From Octopus sinensis (taxonomy: Eukaryota), in the NCBI RefSeq assembly GCF_006345805.1, contig NC_043005.1, forward strand, positions 79,298,001 to 79,362,000: a DNA stretch of 64,000 nucleotides, in the 5' to 3' direction. The position numbers were made by a program, and so were the translations under genes. Positions 24,597-38,150 of this stretch are shown piece after piece; the first letter of the stretch is position 1; every line of letters starts with the position of its first letter. The notes below the pieces were generated by a model that worked only from the letters and a program-made list of their open reading frames with translations, did not search any database and was not told the DNA's origin.

Positions 24597-24930
24597 TGTA
24601 TGTATGTATGTATGTATGTATGCATGTATGTATATATGTATGTATAAATGGAACAAATGGCTCTAAGTTGCTTCTTCTTTCACATAGACACGTGCTGAAA
24701 GCGAGAGAATGAACAAAAAGGATGTTTTGAAACATTTTATTCATATGTTGATTAATTTGAGGTTTAGTGATATAATATACTCTACCATATTCAGTATGAC
24801 ATAATGAAAAGTACATGATTATAAGCTTTTATACAAACCATGCGAACACAACTTAATCACAGTGCACACTTAATCACACTTTTTTACAAGTTGAAAAACC
24901 TAGTTCGTTCATCTCAACCACATATGAATA

Positions 24931-25074
24931 TAAAAATTAAACATTTTGAACATCTCAACAACAAATAAGAATTGTCATTTTGACTCTACCGACCAAATTC
25001 GCCAAATTTAGTCGGTAGAATCAAAAATAGCACTTTCAAATTGTTATTGAGATATACAAAATGTTTAATTTTTA
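24931..25074. repeat. Fold-back hairpin: ~69-bp arms, 5-nt loop (cgcca), ending 8 bp upstream of HH4
   Basis: taaaaattaaacattttg...ctaccgaccaaatt versus aatttagtcggtag...caaaatgtttaattttta. Confidence 0.9.
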
Positions 25075-25082
25075 CATGTATG

Positions 25083-25165
25083 CACCTGATGAAAACGTCT
25101 TCTATTTTTCGCATGATGTAATACTTCTATTCAGTAATAAAATCACGTCTGAAAGAGTTGTAGTG
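25083..25165 (+). ncRNA. Hammerhead motif HH4, intact core, stem III C-G pair broken
   Basis: cac-CTGATGA-aaacgt...acgtct-GAAA-gagttg-TA|gtg. Confidence 0.65.
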
Positions 25166-25539
25166 AACCACAATCCATCCTTTACCTACTCGGAACCCTG
25201 CAATTTCTTTGGATCTGGTGTTTATTGAATGCAGTCCATTGGGTGCAGTATTTGTACTCATGTGCGACCGTGAGAACCCGTTGTATATTCAGATGGCCAT
25301 TTGTGATTGTATGCACAACCGGTGTATAAATCCGTGTTTATCTCAGTAAGTACGTGTTTACAAATTTTATTCGTACTCTATAGCGTTATTATTGACCCGA
25401 CCTTGGAGCTTAATTATTGAAGTACCCGATGCGCTTGAATCCTGAAATTTACACACACACGCGCGCGCGCACACACACACACTGACTTTAATAACGAAAT
25501 AGATTATTACCTTTAATGCTACAAATATATACCGCCTTT

Positions 25540-25626
25540 AAGACCAACACATGTTTCAGTTGCACCGATAAGTAAACGATGCAATTACAAACCTACTATA
25601 AAACGTTGCAGTCTCTTCAGTGCTTA
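25540..25626 (-). ncRNA. Degenerate hammerhead-like motif HH5
   Basis: CTGAAGA-gactgca...tgcaact-GAAA-CATGTG-TT-ggtc; stems I and II imperfect. Confidence 0.4.
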
Positions 25627-25904
25627 TATATCATATCGTATATGAGACCGCTACAATTTCTTGTTAGCCCCCTTTTCTGGCTGAAAGGTTCAGCTTAATG
25701 GGAACCTAGTCCATTTTCATAGTCACCGAGTATCTGCAAAGAGAGAAAAGGGGAGAGAAAATAGAGAAATAGGTATAAAGAGTGTGACAGAGAGGGGGGG
25801 ACAAAGAAAAGAAACTATAGCTTAAAAATGAATTGTTCCCACACATGAAATATAAATTTTTAAATGGGGAAATATCAATTTTAAGAAGCTTGCATCCGAA
25901 CCAC

Positions 25905-26150
25905 ATTATTCTGCGTTCAGTCCCACTTCATGGTAACTTGGGCAAGTGTCTTCTACTATAGCCTTGGGCCGACCAAAGCATTGTGAGTGGATTTGGTAGA
26001 CGGAATCTAAAAGAAGCCTGTCGTCTATTATATATATATATATATTAGACAGAATGAGATAGAAAAGCCATAGATGTGTGTTTGTGTGTGTGCGTCTTTG
26101 GGTCTGTGTTTGTTCCCCCACCACCGCTTGGCAATTTCAAATGGTCAGCC
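25905..26150 (+). mobile_element. SINE family B, degraded, with internal (TA)n/(TG)n
   Basis: gcgttcagtcccactt...cttgggcaagtgtcttctactatagccttgggccgaccaaagc. Confidence 0.8.
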
Positions 26151-26463
26151 GAGATGCATATAAACAGAACCGTGATATATGTAAACTATATAGAATTCAC
26201 ATACACAAAGGAAGTCTTCTTCCTTTCTGCTTCCTCTTTTACGAGACAGAGGTACACCACTTTTCTCATTGAACTTTTGTGGATGAATTTCCCGAGCAAA
26301 AAATCACACACTTTTCTGACAGGATTTCTTCTACAAATTCTGTTTAGTCGGGTGTCTGTCCATGGAATTAGCTGACCTGAGGCGGCTGCTTTTGCGCTAA
26401 ATATTTGGCATGTTTGACTGGATATTCAGCCAGTTCTCGTGATAGTATTTTGTGGCCCTAGAG

Positions 26464-26706
26464 CAATGGTTCTTAACCAAGATCCACAAGACCGTTGGGG
26501 ATCCAAATAAGATTGTTAAAATTTATGAGCAGTAAGTTGCTTATACTTCTATAATACAACATTTTCACAACTTTTTGTAGTACAATTCCAAACATTTAAT
26601 TATAAAAATATGATAGAATTTTTTAAATATTGAATGGTTATGTGTGTTTGCCTGAGTGAAATAAGAATGGAAGTTGTCCATCAGTAAAAATGTTTGAAAA
26701 ACTATG
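26464..26706. mobile_element. hAT-type MITE, old
   Basis: Degenerate TIRs caatggttcttaacc / tgtttgaaaaactatg; left flank ccctagag. Confidence 0.55.
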
Positions 26707-26824
26707 CTCCTGAGACGAACACACACATACACATAGGAAACACACATACGCACACACACACACACACATACACACGCACAGAAATATACTCCTACAGAGA
26801 GAGGGAGAGAGAGGGAGAGAGAGA

Positions 26825-26884
<60 letters not shown>

Positions 26885-26896
26885 TATTACAATTTA

Positions 26897-27890
26897 CTGA
26901 GTTGACCAAAATGTCCGTTCGGGGCTTTTGATTGGAAAGAAGACAAGTTTTAAATACAAGGCGATTTATTCAATCACTGATATAATTACCGTTTCGTTCT
27001 AGTACAATCTGTCATCTTGTGGGCCGATCCATTATTCCTTGCCCAAAGGATTTCCTATCTTTACTGCAAAAAACTTGGGTGAATTATTACATTCACTTCA
27101 GAGTTGGACACATGTCCATTCAATGAAATTTGAAGCGACCGAAACAGGTGAAAATCCGAAGAAGCAAGGTTGTGCAAATATGGAGGGTTCAGAAAAATTT
27201 CCCAGCCAAGCCCCAGTAACTTCTGGTGCGTCTGCAAAGTGTACGGCATGGCATTACCATGATGACAGCCAATGCTCATAAAATTAGCCAAGTGAAAGAC
27301 GCTTCTATCGGATCTTTACATTTAATTTGTCCCAGTAGACCCCGAATTAATCTTCGTGGAAAGAACCGTAACCTTATTCGGGAGAAGTACTATTTTGGAG
27401 GTTGTTTGTGGTGATTCCCCGCGCATTGTCCATGATCGTTTGTACTTCATATTGTTTTAGGCGATCCAAGTTTTGTCCCTTGTTTCTATTTTCTTCATAA
27501 AAGGATCGTTTTCTTCACACTACTGCAATGAATCGCATATAGAAATGCATTGGATGAAGTCAGCCTTGTTCAGTTGATCTGGGATCAAAACATGGAAATT
27601 GCTAACGCAACAAAGTCGATGAAGATGGCTTTCAAGACTCGATTTGGACATTGGGGGAATATCTTCGATCATCCTGGTCGTATAACGAGAGTCAGCATAC
27701 ATGTTAATTTCAGTTGGCCATCCAGAGACAAGGTGTATCTTGAACGGAAAAATGTCCCGATCGAAATTTTGAAAATCACTTCTGACACACATTTTCCAAT
27801 AACAGCATTTTCTCCGCTCACAGCAACCATTTACCTGAAAGTTTGTTCGAGTGAGTACCGTTGGTTCTTGGGTCATTGGAATCAACTGAC
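26897..27890 (-). mobile_element. mariner (DD34D) transposon, near-full-length decayed transposase
   Basis: KFRSGHFSVQD, SHLHRLCCVSNFHVLIPDQL, NDPFMKKIETRDKTW (TGDEKW), HHGNAMP, PPYLHNLASSDFHLFRSLQ, GIMD.P.R...NGNYI; TIR-like gagttgaccaaaatgtccgttcgg. Confidence 0.9.
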
Positions 27891-27934
27891 CACTTCTCCT
27901 AAACTTTGCTGAGTGGGGTGGGGTGGGGAGTTTA

Positions 27935-28075
27935 TTCGATACTATCGAGTCTAGTACTTAACTGGCTCTCTACTTTATTGAAAGCGGAGTTGTCCTTGAC
28001 AGAATTTGAACTCAGAATGTAAAAGAGCCGGGCAAAATGCCGCTAAACTTTCAGTTGAGAGCGCTGATGATTGTA
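27935..28075 (-). mobile_element. Degraded SINE-A
   Basis: gaatttgaactcagaatgtaaaagagccgggcaaaatgccgctaa. Confidence 0.65.
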
Positions 28076-28094
28076 CAAGTTCACTGGGTTAGTA

Positions 28095-28160
28095 ATGATG
28101 ATGATGATGATGATGATGATCAGAAGAACAACAAGAACAACAACAATGACAATAACAATA

Positions 28161-28223
<63 letters not shown>
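28095..28223. repeat. Compound triplet microsatellite (GAT)n-(AAC/AAG)-(AAT)n
   Basis: Read directly. Confidence 0.97.
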
Positions 28224-28226
<3 letters not shown>

Positions 28227-28466
28227 AGTGTACTGATTGATAATAATTACAATGGCGAATATTAATAACAAACAGCAAACGCCGAAGGCATGTTTCCCAA
28301 TCCATGTGGCCATTCTTTACGATGTTCCATAACTACTAAAGATGAGTCAACCCTTTCACGAAGATAATTAGCAACATATAAGCTAAATGTTTTCCTCCTA
28401 CTTAGCTTGAAGAACCTAAATAAATACTAGACGCATACGAGCATACACAGATAATTACATACCTAC

Positions 28467-28510
<44 letters not shown>

Positions 28511-28533
28511 CATATAATTATATTGAAATATGT

Positions 28534-28564
<31 letters not shown>

Positions 28565-28575
28565 TCATATGCATA

Positions 28576-28624
<49 letters not shown>

Positions 28625-29758
28625 TGTATGTATATCTGTATGTATGTGTGTATGTATGGTGAAACCGTGGGCAAAATGTCAAAAAGCGTAAGTATATTAC
28701 ATTTCTACTCCTTATCTATCACATTTCGCGTAATGATTATTATAAGTTGGATCAGTAAATAAATAACATTAGGGGGATGAAGGTGGGGGGGAGCGTTTTG
28801 CTTCAAAAATCGAAACGAAGGAAAACAAGGACTTTTAATAGAGAGACATACTAATATCTTAACTCTGGCGAACTAATATTTTTGATCTTTTACAAAGATT
28901 AAAGAGAGACGGATGCAAAATGTATAAAGTAGTGCAGATCAAAAGATATTGGAAACATTCTTAGAGAATCAGCGAATTTTCCATCCGCTTTTTTTTTTTT
29001 TTTTTTTTACTTTTATTCTTCTTTGGAGAATTTTTGACCATAAAAATTAGAAGTTGGCAACTGTATCACTATTTCACGATTCCATCAGCCATATTGAACT
29101 AATAGAATACAAAACTATGAAATTGATACATACATACACACATAAACACACACACCACACACTTATGTATATATATATTATATATTATATATATATTATA
29201 TATATATAATATATATATATATAAATATATATATATATACATACTATATTTTGTACTATATGTATGTATGCATATATATGATTATAGATATATATGTAGG
29301 AAGGTTATTATGTATGTAGGTAATTTATGAATTTGTAACAACACACGTCAGAATCTGAGCCATACAATTAGAATAAAGTGCTATGTAATAATAATTATAT
29401 ATATGTGTATATGCATATATGCAGACATTCACACATATATATATACATAGATATATATACACATATACGTATATATATATATATTAATACATATATATAT
29501 ATTTATATGAGATATTCATATATAGTATATATATATGTATAATATATGTACATAAGTATATAATAGTCATGTGTGTGGTGGTGTGTTTGTGTGTGAAGGA
29601 AAGAGGGAGAGAAGGACAGAGGACGTAGGAGAAGAATTGATTATTTCTCTAAGTAATAAAATAATGTACAGCTAAATTAAGCCGAACATATCTTATGAGA
29701 TGAGAAATATAATAATGATTATATCAATTGAGATATGCGCTTTACACATACGAAGTAT

Positions 29759-29887
29759 ATTCTTCTTCTTCTTCTTCTTCTTCTTCTTCTTCTTCTTCTT
29801 CTTCTTCTTCTTCTTCTTCTTCTTCTTCTTCTTCTTCTTCTTCTTCTTCTTCTTCTTCTTCCTCCTCCTCCTCCGCCTCCTCCTCAA

Positions 29888-29935
<48 letters not shown>

Positions 29936-29960
29936 CATCATCATCACCATCACCATCATC
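29759..29960. repeat. Compound triplet microsatellite (CTT)n-(CCT)n-(CAT)n
   Basis: Read directly. Confidence 0.98.
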
Positions 29961-30094
29961 ATCTTTGTCATCGTGTAAGCATGTCGTTGTTTGTGTAACT
30001 TATATTCTACGTCCATGTAGTTGTATATTTGTATAATTTTTCAGTAGTATAAACATGTGTACGTATATAATAAACATACACAAGTATATATACA

Positions 30095-30134
<40 letters not shown>

Positions 30135-30533
30135 CATATGCATATATGTATGTAGATATACACACATTTATATCTATGCATTCGTATATATATAAGTATA
30201 CATGTATTTATATGTACTTACAATCTCACAGCCTTAAGTATATTTAAAAGATTTTATATACACGAGTTTACATATGTACGTCTGTGTGTATATGTGTGTG
30301 GAAGGGACAAGTCTAAAATATTAAACTATTTCTGAATCTCTTTGAAATGTATCCATATATAGATATGTATATATGTATTTTTACACACACACATATATAC
30401 GTATACGAATATGTATATATTTGTATGTATGTAGTATGTATGCATGTATGTATATGTATCCACATGCATTTACCTAAATTCCTAAAAGGACGCAAACAAT
30501 AACAACACATACAATTGTGTGTATATATGTATA

Positions 30534-30574
<41 letters not shown>

Positions 30575-31121
30575 ATATATATATATATATTATTCTAATA
30601 CATTTTCTATGCTATACTATGCGTCAAGAACTTTGCGCCTGATCTCAATTGTCTCCCTCAGCACATTTTCATCACTGGACCATGCGATGCTGTGAATGTT
30701 GTCTAGTACTCTTTCTTTATGTGCAAAAGGATGGTCATTTCTTACAAATCAGAGCGAAGACAAAGTGCAAGAATCTACTCCCTACCTCATTCTAGAATGA
30801 CATTTTACTAATATATCCTGTGAGGATGAAAGAGAAATTAGAACTCAGGGTTTAGAGAGTCCTGAAAAATGCGGTAAAGTATTTTATACAAAATATTTTA
30901 TGCCTCTCCCAATTCTGCAATTTCATAGCTGTTATTACTAGCATCTACATATATTCAGAATAACGTAAGCGCTTCTGTAATTTATTGAAACACACCCAAA
31001 CTCTGAATCGCTTTCCTGCTCTTGGTTATGGGTAAATTCATGATCAAACATGGTCCAGTCAGTCTGCGTAGGTAAGACTTGTGCCTTTAAGTGAAGTCGA
31101 TAGAAAGAGTACTGTGAACCT

Positions 31122-31159
31122 GTTATACAACGTTTCGGTGAGAATCATTCTTCAGTAAC
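31122..31159 (-). ncRNA. 38-nt minimal hammerhead motif HH6, intact core
   Basis: gtta-CTGAAGA-atga ttc tcacc-GAAA-CGTTG-TA|taac; stem I 4/4, stem II 3 bp plus mismatch, AACGTT palindrome. Confidence 0.7.
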
Positions 31160-31269
31160 TACCAACGGTATGTTCATTGCATTATTTGTATCAATGCTGG
31201 TAAAAAATATAGGTAAATTTGTACTAATAAAAGTTCAAGTCTGATTATATACGATATGTTGATTTCATA

Positions 31270-31465
31270 TTTTGGCAAAATTTTAAGGAAGGGGTAAGTT
31301 AAATATATCGATCTCCGTGTTCAATTTCTTATTTATTTTATCAAACCTGAAATGATGAAGTGCAAATTTGACCTCCGCAGAATTTGAACTCAGAACATCA
31401 AGCCGGAAGAAATATTGAGACACATTTTGCCCAGCGTACAAATGGTTCTGTCAGATCGCCGCCTT
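31270..31465 (-). mobile_element. Degraded SINE-A (tail type 2)
   Basis: gacctccgcagaatttgaactcagaac...cagatcgccgcctt. Confidence 0.75.
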
Positions 31466-31559
31466 CTAGTATTAATTTTTAGTATATTAAGAATCGTACA
31501 TGATAATTTATCATCCGATAGAAACGTCAAGCTCTCTTACAGTACTTTGTATAATACTC

Positions 31560-31770
31560 AGGATGTTTGTCCCCCAACATCGCTTGACAACCGATGGTGG
31601 TGTGCCTACATTCCCCGTAACTTAGCTGTTCGGCAAAAAAGGCCGATAGAAGAAGTACTAGGGGTACAAAGGTTTATAAGTGCCGGGGTAGAATTGTTTG
31701 ACTAAATGCGCTGCTCCAGCATGGCCGCAGTCAAAGAACTTAAACAAATAAACGAATAAAAGAGTATAAG
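31560..31770 (+). mobile_element. SINE-B 3' half
   Basis: ccccaacatcgcttgacaaccgatgg...gctccagcatggccgcagtc. Confidence 0.8.
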
Positions 31771-32039
31771 AAAATCTGCTTGATATGATTCATAGTATAT
31801 ATATATATTAGTAAAATATGATATATTTATTTATACATAAGTGTGGGAGTGCCGAGGTCAATATGTTGTCATGAGCGGTATTAAAAGTTTTAGAATCTCT
31901 CCCTTAGATACATCGAATAAATACGCAATGGCGGTAAAAATTTTCATAAGTTCCTTCAGCTTTACTGCAGATCAGATAATTGGAAAGAGAAAGCATTCCA
32001 GATCTTTCTATCTGCAGACATTATGTCTTTTACAGTCGA

Positions 32040-32290
32040 GGCGCGTGGCTTAGGGGTTAGCGTGTTGAACTCATGATCGTAAGGTTGTGGTTTCGATTCC
32101 TGGACCGTGCGATGCGTTGTGTTCTTGAGCAAAACACTTCATTGTCACGTTGCTCTAGTCCACTCAGCTGCCAAAAATTAATAATCCTGCGACGGACAGG
32201 CGTCCCGTTCAGGTGGGGAATTTCTACGCCACTGAAACTGGGAAACCGACCCTTATGAGCCTGGCATGGCTCGAGAAGGAACATTTATTA
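32040..32290 (+). mobile_element. SINE: E-type head, V-like central motif, type-3 tail
   Basis: aggcgcgtggcttaggggttag, gtttcgattcc, cttgagcaaaacac, cctgcgacggacaggcgtcccgttcagg (32186-32213), gaaaccgacccttatgagcc. Confidence 0.85.
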
Positions 32291-34463
32291 ATTTTTTTAT
32301 GTCTTCTACAACAATACCAGTAGCTGTTATGTAAAATCGCATGATGTATGTACACAGAAGATATTCGAAATAAACGAGTTGTTTAACTGCTGGGAATAAG
32401 AGATAAATATTACTTGATAAACATATTTTTATTTCTAACAAATATGGTGTGTCGGACAATGTAAACTTTGCTAAAGGCAGCTACTCCGTTATGAACGCAT
32501 TAGGTTTCGAAAAATCTTACCTGTAACCTGAAGTCTACTTTCGCATTGTTTTTCATGATACATAACACGAAATTTTATTATGAAAATGTATTTCCGTGTT
32601 ACAAGATTTTAGGTAACGCAGACGATACATTTCTGTAACGCAGACGATAAATGTTTTCTAAATGACGGCTCGGTCAGAGCTGGTACGCCATTTTCTTTTC
32701 CACTGGACCAAGTCCCCACTGGTCCTAAAATCTATAAGAACAAAAGAAAGGATTTCAGGCAAAATATATTATAAATATTTCTTTGGAAACGTAAATAATA
32801 TAATAATGGTTCAAAATAAAATTATGGAGACAAAAAAAAGCAAACATTACGGAGGGAGAACATTTAAACAAAACATTGCCTGGAAGGCGGGACATACTGC
32901 AAGCTGGTAAATGTATAAGATCCATGCCTGAACCAGTTCAATCATTAGGATAAGATGCGTATTCTTCATTATTTTCGCTATTATGATATATTTGGAATTA
33001 CACAAATGGAGATTACTTCCGTAAAATTGGAAACAGAAAGAGAAAAAAAAAATCTCAGTATTCCTATATTATTTAATTAATAGCTCTACTACAATTGATA
33101 TTTCCAGATTATTTGTAATTACTTTATCATGAATAAAAATATATAGATCAGCTTATATTTTTGTTGTTTGTGCATTACTTTCCTTTTATTGTCACCAATG
33201 CCCCGTTCTACGGAATCTATTTTCTCTTTTCCCTACAGCGCTGGAAAATCAGACCATTTGCGGGGTATGTGTGTATGTGTGTATGTATGTATATATGTAT
33301 GTATGGGTGGCTGGATGGACGGATTGATGGCTGGGCGGAAGGATGGATGGATATATGTATGTATGTATGTATATAAGTATGCATGAATGCATAGACGTAT
33401 GCATGTATATGTGTATGTATGTATACATGTATGCTGGAATGGATGGATATGCATTTTAAAATGTTGTCTATGAACGTGTTAGAATCTGTGTGTGTGTATA
33501 TAAATATATATATATATACATATATATGTGTATATGTGCGTGTTTTTGTGTGTATGGGTGTTGGTGTGCGTGCGTGTATACATTCATACATACATTCATA
33601 GATTCATACATTCATACATACATACATACATACATACATACATACATACATACATACATACATACGTGCAGCTGCATAAATGACCGATTGTGAATTAGCA
33701 ACGAAGATCTTTTCTTGACTTCCGTATTGCGGGTTCGTATTCCACTGCAGGCGTTCCATTGTGTCTCTTCAGTGTGACTTAGACATAATCATATACGCCT
33801 CAAGCTTTACGCTTAATTAAGTAAATGGCTATTTACCTTTTACTGGCTGTCATATAGTCATAAATGCTTACTTAATTTAATGCTCAGAATATGGATGTAC
33901 AAAGGGGAAAGAGAGAAAAAGAGACAGAAATATTAAACAGGCCAGAAGAAGTGAAGAGAAAACGGGATCAAGAAATGTTATCGCGTGATATAAGTAAGAT
34001 ATAAAGAGATATGAAGAGATTGAAGAAAGTAAAAAAGAAGATAAATGATAGAAAGAAAGATTATAACAGAGATAAGATGTAAAAATAAGATATGAGGGAG
34101 GAAAATATCATGAGACGTCGGGAGAGACTGAACGAAAAAGAGACATCATGCGGTAAAACAGTGGGAAGGAGAATGTAAAAATTGTTCGGGAAAGAGTTTT
34201 ATAAAGACAGAAGAAAATATTGCAAGCTATGATGTCAGACCGATTAACGGATCTCGCAATTTGACTATTTGTCTATGTATGTATGTATGTATGTATGCAT
34301 GCATGTATGTATGTATGTATGTATGTATGTATGTATGTATGTATTTATGTATGTATGTATGTATGTATGTATGTATGTATGCGTCTATGTATGTACGTTC
34401 GTGTATATATATATATATATATACATATATGTATATATATATGCATATATATATATATATATA

Positions 34464-34511
<48 letters not shown>

Positions 34512-34536
34512 CGTCTAGACACGAACATACAAGCTA

Positions 34537-34569
<33 letters not shown>

Positions 34570-35608
34570 AATATATGCATACGTAAATATATATATGCAT
34601 ATATAAATATACATATATAAATATATATATATATTATATGTATACATATATATATATGTATACACACACACATATATATATATATACGCTATATACGTAT
34701 AATATATATCCTATATATTATACACAGACATACACCATACAAATACACGCGGACGCACACAGACTCACACACATAAACACTCTTGCACATAAACATACTT
34801 GCACATAAACACACACATGAAAAAGCTGAAAACGTTTGAGTAAAAAAGCATCACAAAAACAAAGAAGTCAGAAATTACGTGCTGAAGTGTACGTTCTTTT
34901 GAAGTTCCCGTTTGTTTTGCTTCGAATGATTTTTCACGTCAGATAATAGAGAAGTTTTTAAAAAATGAATTACAGAAAGGAAACGAAATTACGAAAGAAA
35001 AAATAACAAAAGAAGGGAAAAAAGAATAGAGAAAAAGATTAAAAAAAAACGATCTATGCGCATAGCACTGAAAAGCTTGCAAATGCATAACACAGCTCTG
35101 GACTACCTAAGTAAATATAAAGAATATACAGCTATATATAAACGAATACAATCACATAATTAACAGCTATTTCATTCAAAAGCAAAATATATGAACAACT
35201 AACGTATAAAGAGGGATTCAGATATACACAGCTGCTCAGAAATACGTAGATGTACATATGGTTACCTATATACTTGAACATACATGTACGCACGTACAGT
35301 TGAACGTGTAAATATGCACACGTGCACTCATATAAAGGGAAGATGGGTGGTAATTTTTTCCAGGTAAGTAACAGAAGTTCCGTTATATAATTGTACAAAG
35401 TATGTACGTTGAAGTTTTCATTTCTAGCCGTATAAGTTTTATGATGTACTGAGAATAAAGAATCTGAGTTGCATTGAGAGAGGTGTTGTTGGTGATGGCA
35501 GTTGCTAAAAAAACTGAGTGCGATATATATAAGTGTAACGTATGTAAAATTTTCTCTCTTTATCTCTCTCTCTCTCCGTATCTACTCATCTATCTGCACG
35601 CGCGTGTG

Positions 35609-35643
<35 letters not shown>

Positions 35644-35671
35644 CTCTCTGTATATATATATATATATCTGC

Positions 35672-35720
<49 letters not shown>

Positions 35721-35724
35721 CATG

Positions 35725-35755
<31 letters not shown>

Positions 35756-36355
35756 TATATATATATCTACATATATATACATATATATACATATATATAT
35801 ATATATACGTACGTAAATAAATACGTTACATATATATACCTACATATATGTATATGTGTGTGTATGCATATATACATATATATATATATATATCCTTATA
35901 AAACTATATACATTATTGCACACACAAATGCATATATATGTCTGTGTATCTGCTTATATGGAACATCATGTCGTCATCATACAAGAGATATAATAGAACG
36001 AATTCTGACTCTATAATCGTCACATGCTTTACTCTTGCAGACACCATGGTTCTAAATGTTGTATTTAAACGATTGAAAAAAAATGACTGAAAAGATATGG
36101 AGTTTTTTAAATGCATTTCCTAGCAAAAATAATTCTAGATCGAAACGATTGAATTACGGAAATAGTTAGGTATGAGAATTTAAAAAAAATATATTTTTCA
36201 CGTATGTAAATTATTTTATTCCAATGCGAAATGCAGAGTGACAGAATTGTGAGTTAAAATGAGAATGGCATTTAGTCTATGTTTCTTCTTTTTTTCCCTT
36301 TTTCAAGATTGTGTGATGTCATTTTCTTTCACCGTGATGACGTTTTAAAGGATTG

Positions 36356-36372
36356 ATTAATGATGATGATGG

Positions 36373-36412
<40 letters not shown>

Positions 36413-36600
36413 CATTACGACGATGTCGATGACGATGACGACGTCGACAACGACAATGGTGATGTTCTTGATGAAGACGACGACGAAGATGATGATGGTG
36501 GTGTTGGTGGTGATGACGATAATGATAACGGTGACGATGATGAGGATGATGATGATGATAATGATGATGATGATTGCGACGACGATGACTATGAATTTCT
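36356..36600. repeat. Degenerate (GAT/GAC/GGT)n triplet array
   Basis: Read directly. Confidence 0.95.
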
Positions 36601-36625
36601 TGAGATCGATATGTCTAACGTGGAG

Positions 36626-36843
36626 AAGGCGGCGAACAGACAGAATCGTCAACCCGCCAGGCAAAATACTAAGCGGCATTTCTTCTGTCTTTACGTTCTG
36701 CGTTCAAATTCCTCCAAGGACGAATTTACGTTTAATTTGCCTCGGCGGTCGATGAAATAAGAACCTGTTGAGCTCAGATGTCGGAGTAATCGACTTACCC
36801 GCTCCCTCGAAATTTCTGGCCTTGTGACAATATTTGAAACGAA
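36626..36843 (+). mobile_element. SINE-A (tail type 2), diverged
   Basis: ggcggcgaacagacagaatcg...gcgttcaaattcc...gaaatttctggccttgtg. Confidence 0.8.
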
Positions 36844-37039
36844 TATGGGAAATGGGACGTAAAGTTATACGAGAGGAGGTATGTAGTAGCTTCTGATACT
36901 GACGGTGATAGTGGGGTTGATAATGATGATGAATAATAATGTTGATGTGAATGATGAACATTGTTGTTGATAAAGTTAATAGCGTTAACTGTGGCAAAGT
37001 TAAATATTGTGATGGCGGGTTTTGTTGATAATAATCACT

Positions 37040-37295
37040 TTCGATTCCCAGAGCGGGCGTTGTGTGTGTTTATTGAGTGAGGACACCTAAAGCTCAACGA
37101 TTCTCTGGCAGGGGGTGGTGGTGACCCCTGTTGTACTATTTCTCCACAACTTTCTCTCACTCTCTCTCCCTGTTTCTTGAGTAACGCTGCGATGGACTGA
37201 CGTACCGTGCATCTGGAGGGAACACATAAGCCACAGAAACCGAGAAACCGGGCCCATGAGCCTAGCTAGGTTTGAAAAGGGTGCATGAATAAACA
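37040..37295 (+). mobile_element. SINE family C body with V-like motif and type-3 tail
   Basis: C body to 37175, then tgcgatggactgacgtacc (37188-) and gaaaccgggcccatgagcctagc. Confidence 0.8.
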
Positions 37296-37599
37296 AAAAT
37301 AAGTGGCACTTGCTTATCCTAGGCATTATTTGTATGACTAAACGGAAAGCATCATACGAAAGTTCATGATGATTCCTTCACTCCTTACAAAGATGTTTTC
37401 GTTAATAAAAATTGGTGTAATTAAACTATGAAGAAGATAAAAGCATTACAGGTAATGATTAATCTGGTAAGAAACAAAGGTAAGAACTCCAAAACTCAAC
37501 TTAGAATTGTAGAATGCCTGAGGAAGTAAGACTCCATCATGTGTCGGTGTTGTTAAGCCTTCTGAGTGAAACATACTTAGCTCATCACATTTTATTGAG

Positions 37600-38150
37600 T
37601 AATATAAAAATTTTGGCTCAATTCACACAGGTAAGTGTTACACCTTTAATCACCAACTACTCTCCATTTAGCTACCCAGGGGCAGGTGCTAAACATTAGT
37701 TAAGTGGAGAGAATAATTCAAGATGTATTGAGCCAAATGCATTAGGTAAAGTGAACCCTTGTGAAGACATCAAATCTATATCGCAGATACTTCTTATCCA
37801 TATTTGAAATATCAGATTTCGTTACTTTTCACCAAGGAGGTCTGTATCAGTTTCCCAGCATCTTTCCATAATTGACTGAAGAACACACAAATATTCCGAA
37901 TTACTTGATACCATACTTGACTCTTCAGGAAACACAAACAAGATTTCGCTCAATGCAAGACTTCTTCACTTCTTTTGCTTAAGAAATGATCTTCTAATAC
38001 ATGTATGCAAAGTAAAATATCCTGTACAATAAATAACTATTGCAAAAATGGATTTTATCGCTTTGAGATTCTTAATTCATAAAGCCTCACCAACACAAGA
38101 ATTATTTCTTTGATTGTCGTTACATATTGAGCTTCAGTTACAAACTCATG
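37600..38150 (-). mobile_element. Possible very decayed L1/Tx1-group LINE post-RT region
   Basis: Minus-strand CVGEAL*IKNLKAIKSIFAI...FLKQK resembles the EGGLGIKNL..N.A..K..KY segment; many stops. Confidence 0.3.

Noticed and set aside
29693-30036. Overlapping poly-Ser/His/Lys/Leu ORFs
   Set aside because: Translations of a compound triplet microsatellite, open in several frames
33890-34230. Purine-rich, Lys/Glu/Arg-coding-like stretch as a host exon
   Set aside because: Stops in all frames, low complexity, no clear splice boundaries
36083-36156. CTGAAAA-gat...atc-GAAA-CGATTG-AA motif
   Set aside because: Three critical positions are mutated and stem I is poor
36353-36760. 135-aa Asp-rich ORF resembling an acidic biomineralisation protein
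   Set aside because: It is a degenerate (GAT)n array running into a SINE-A; no signal peptide or splice context
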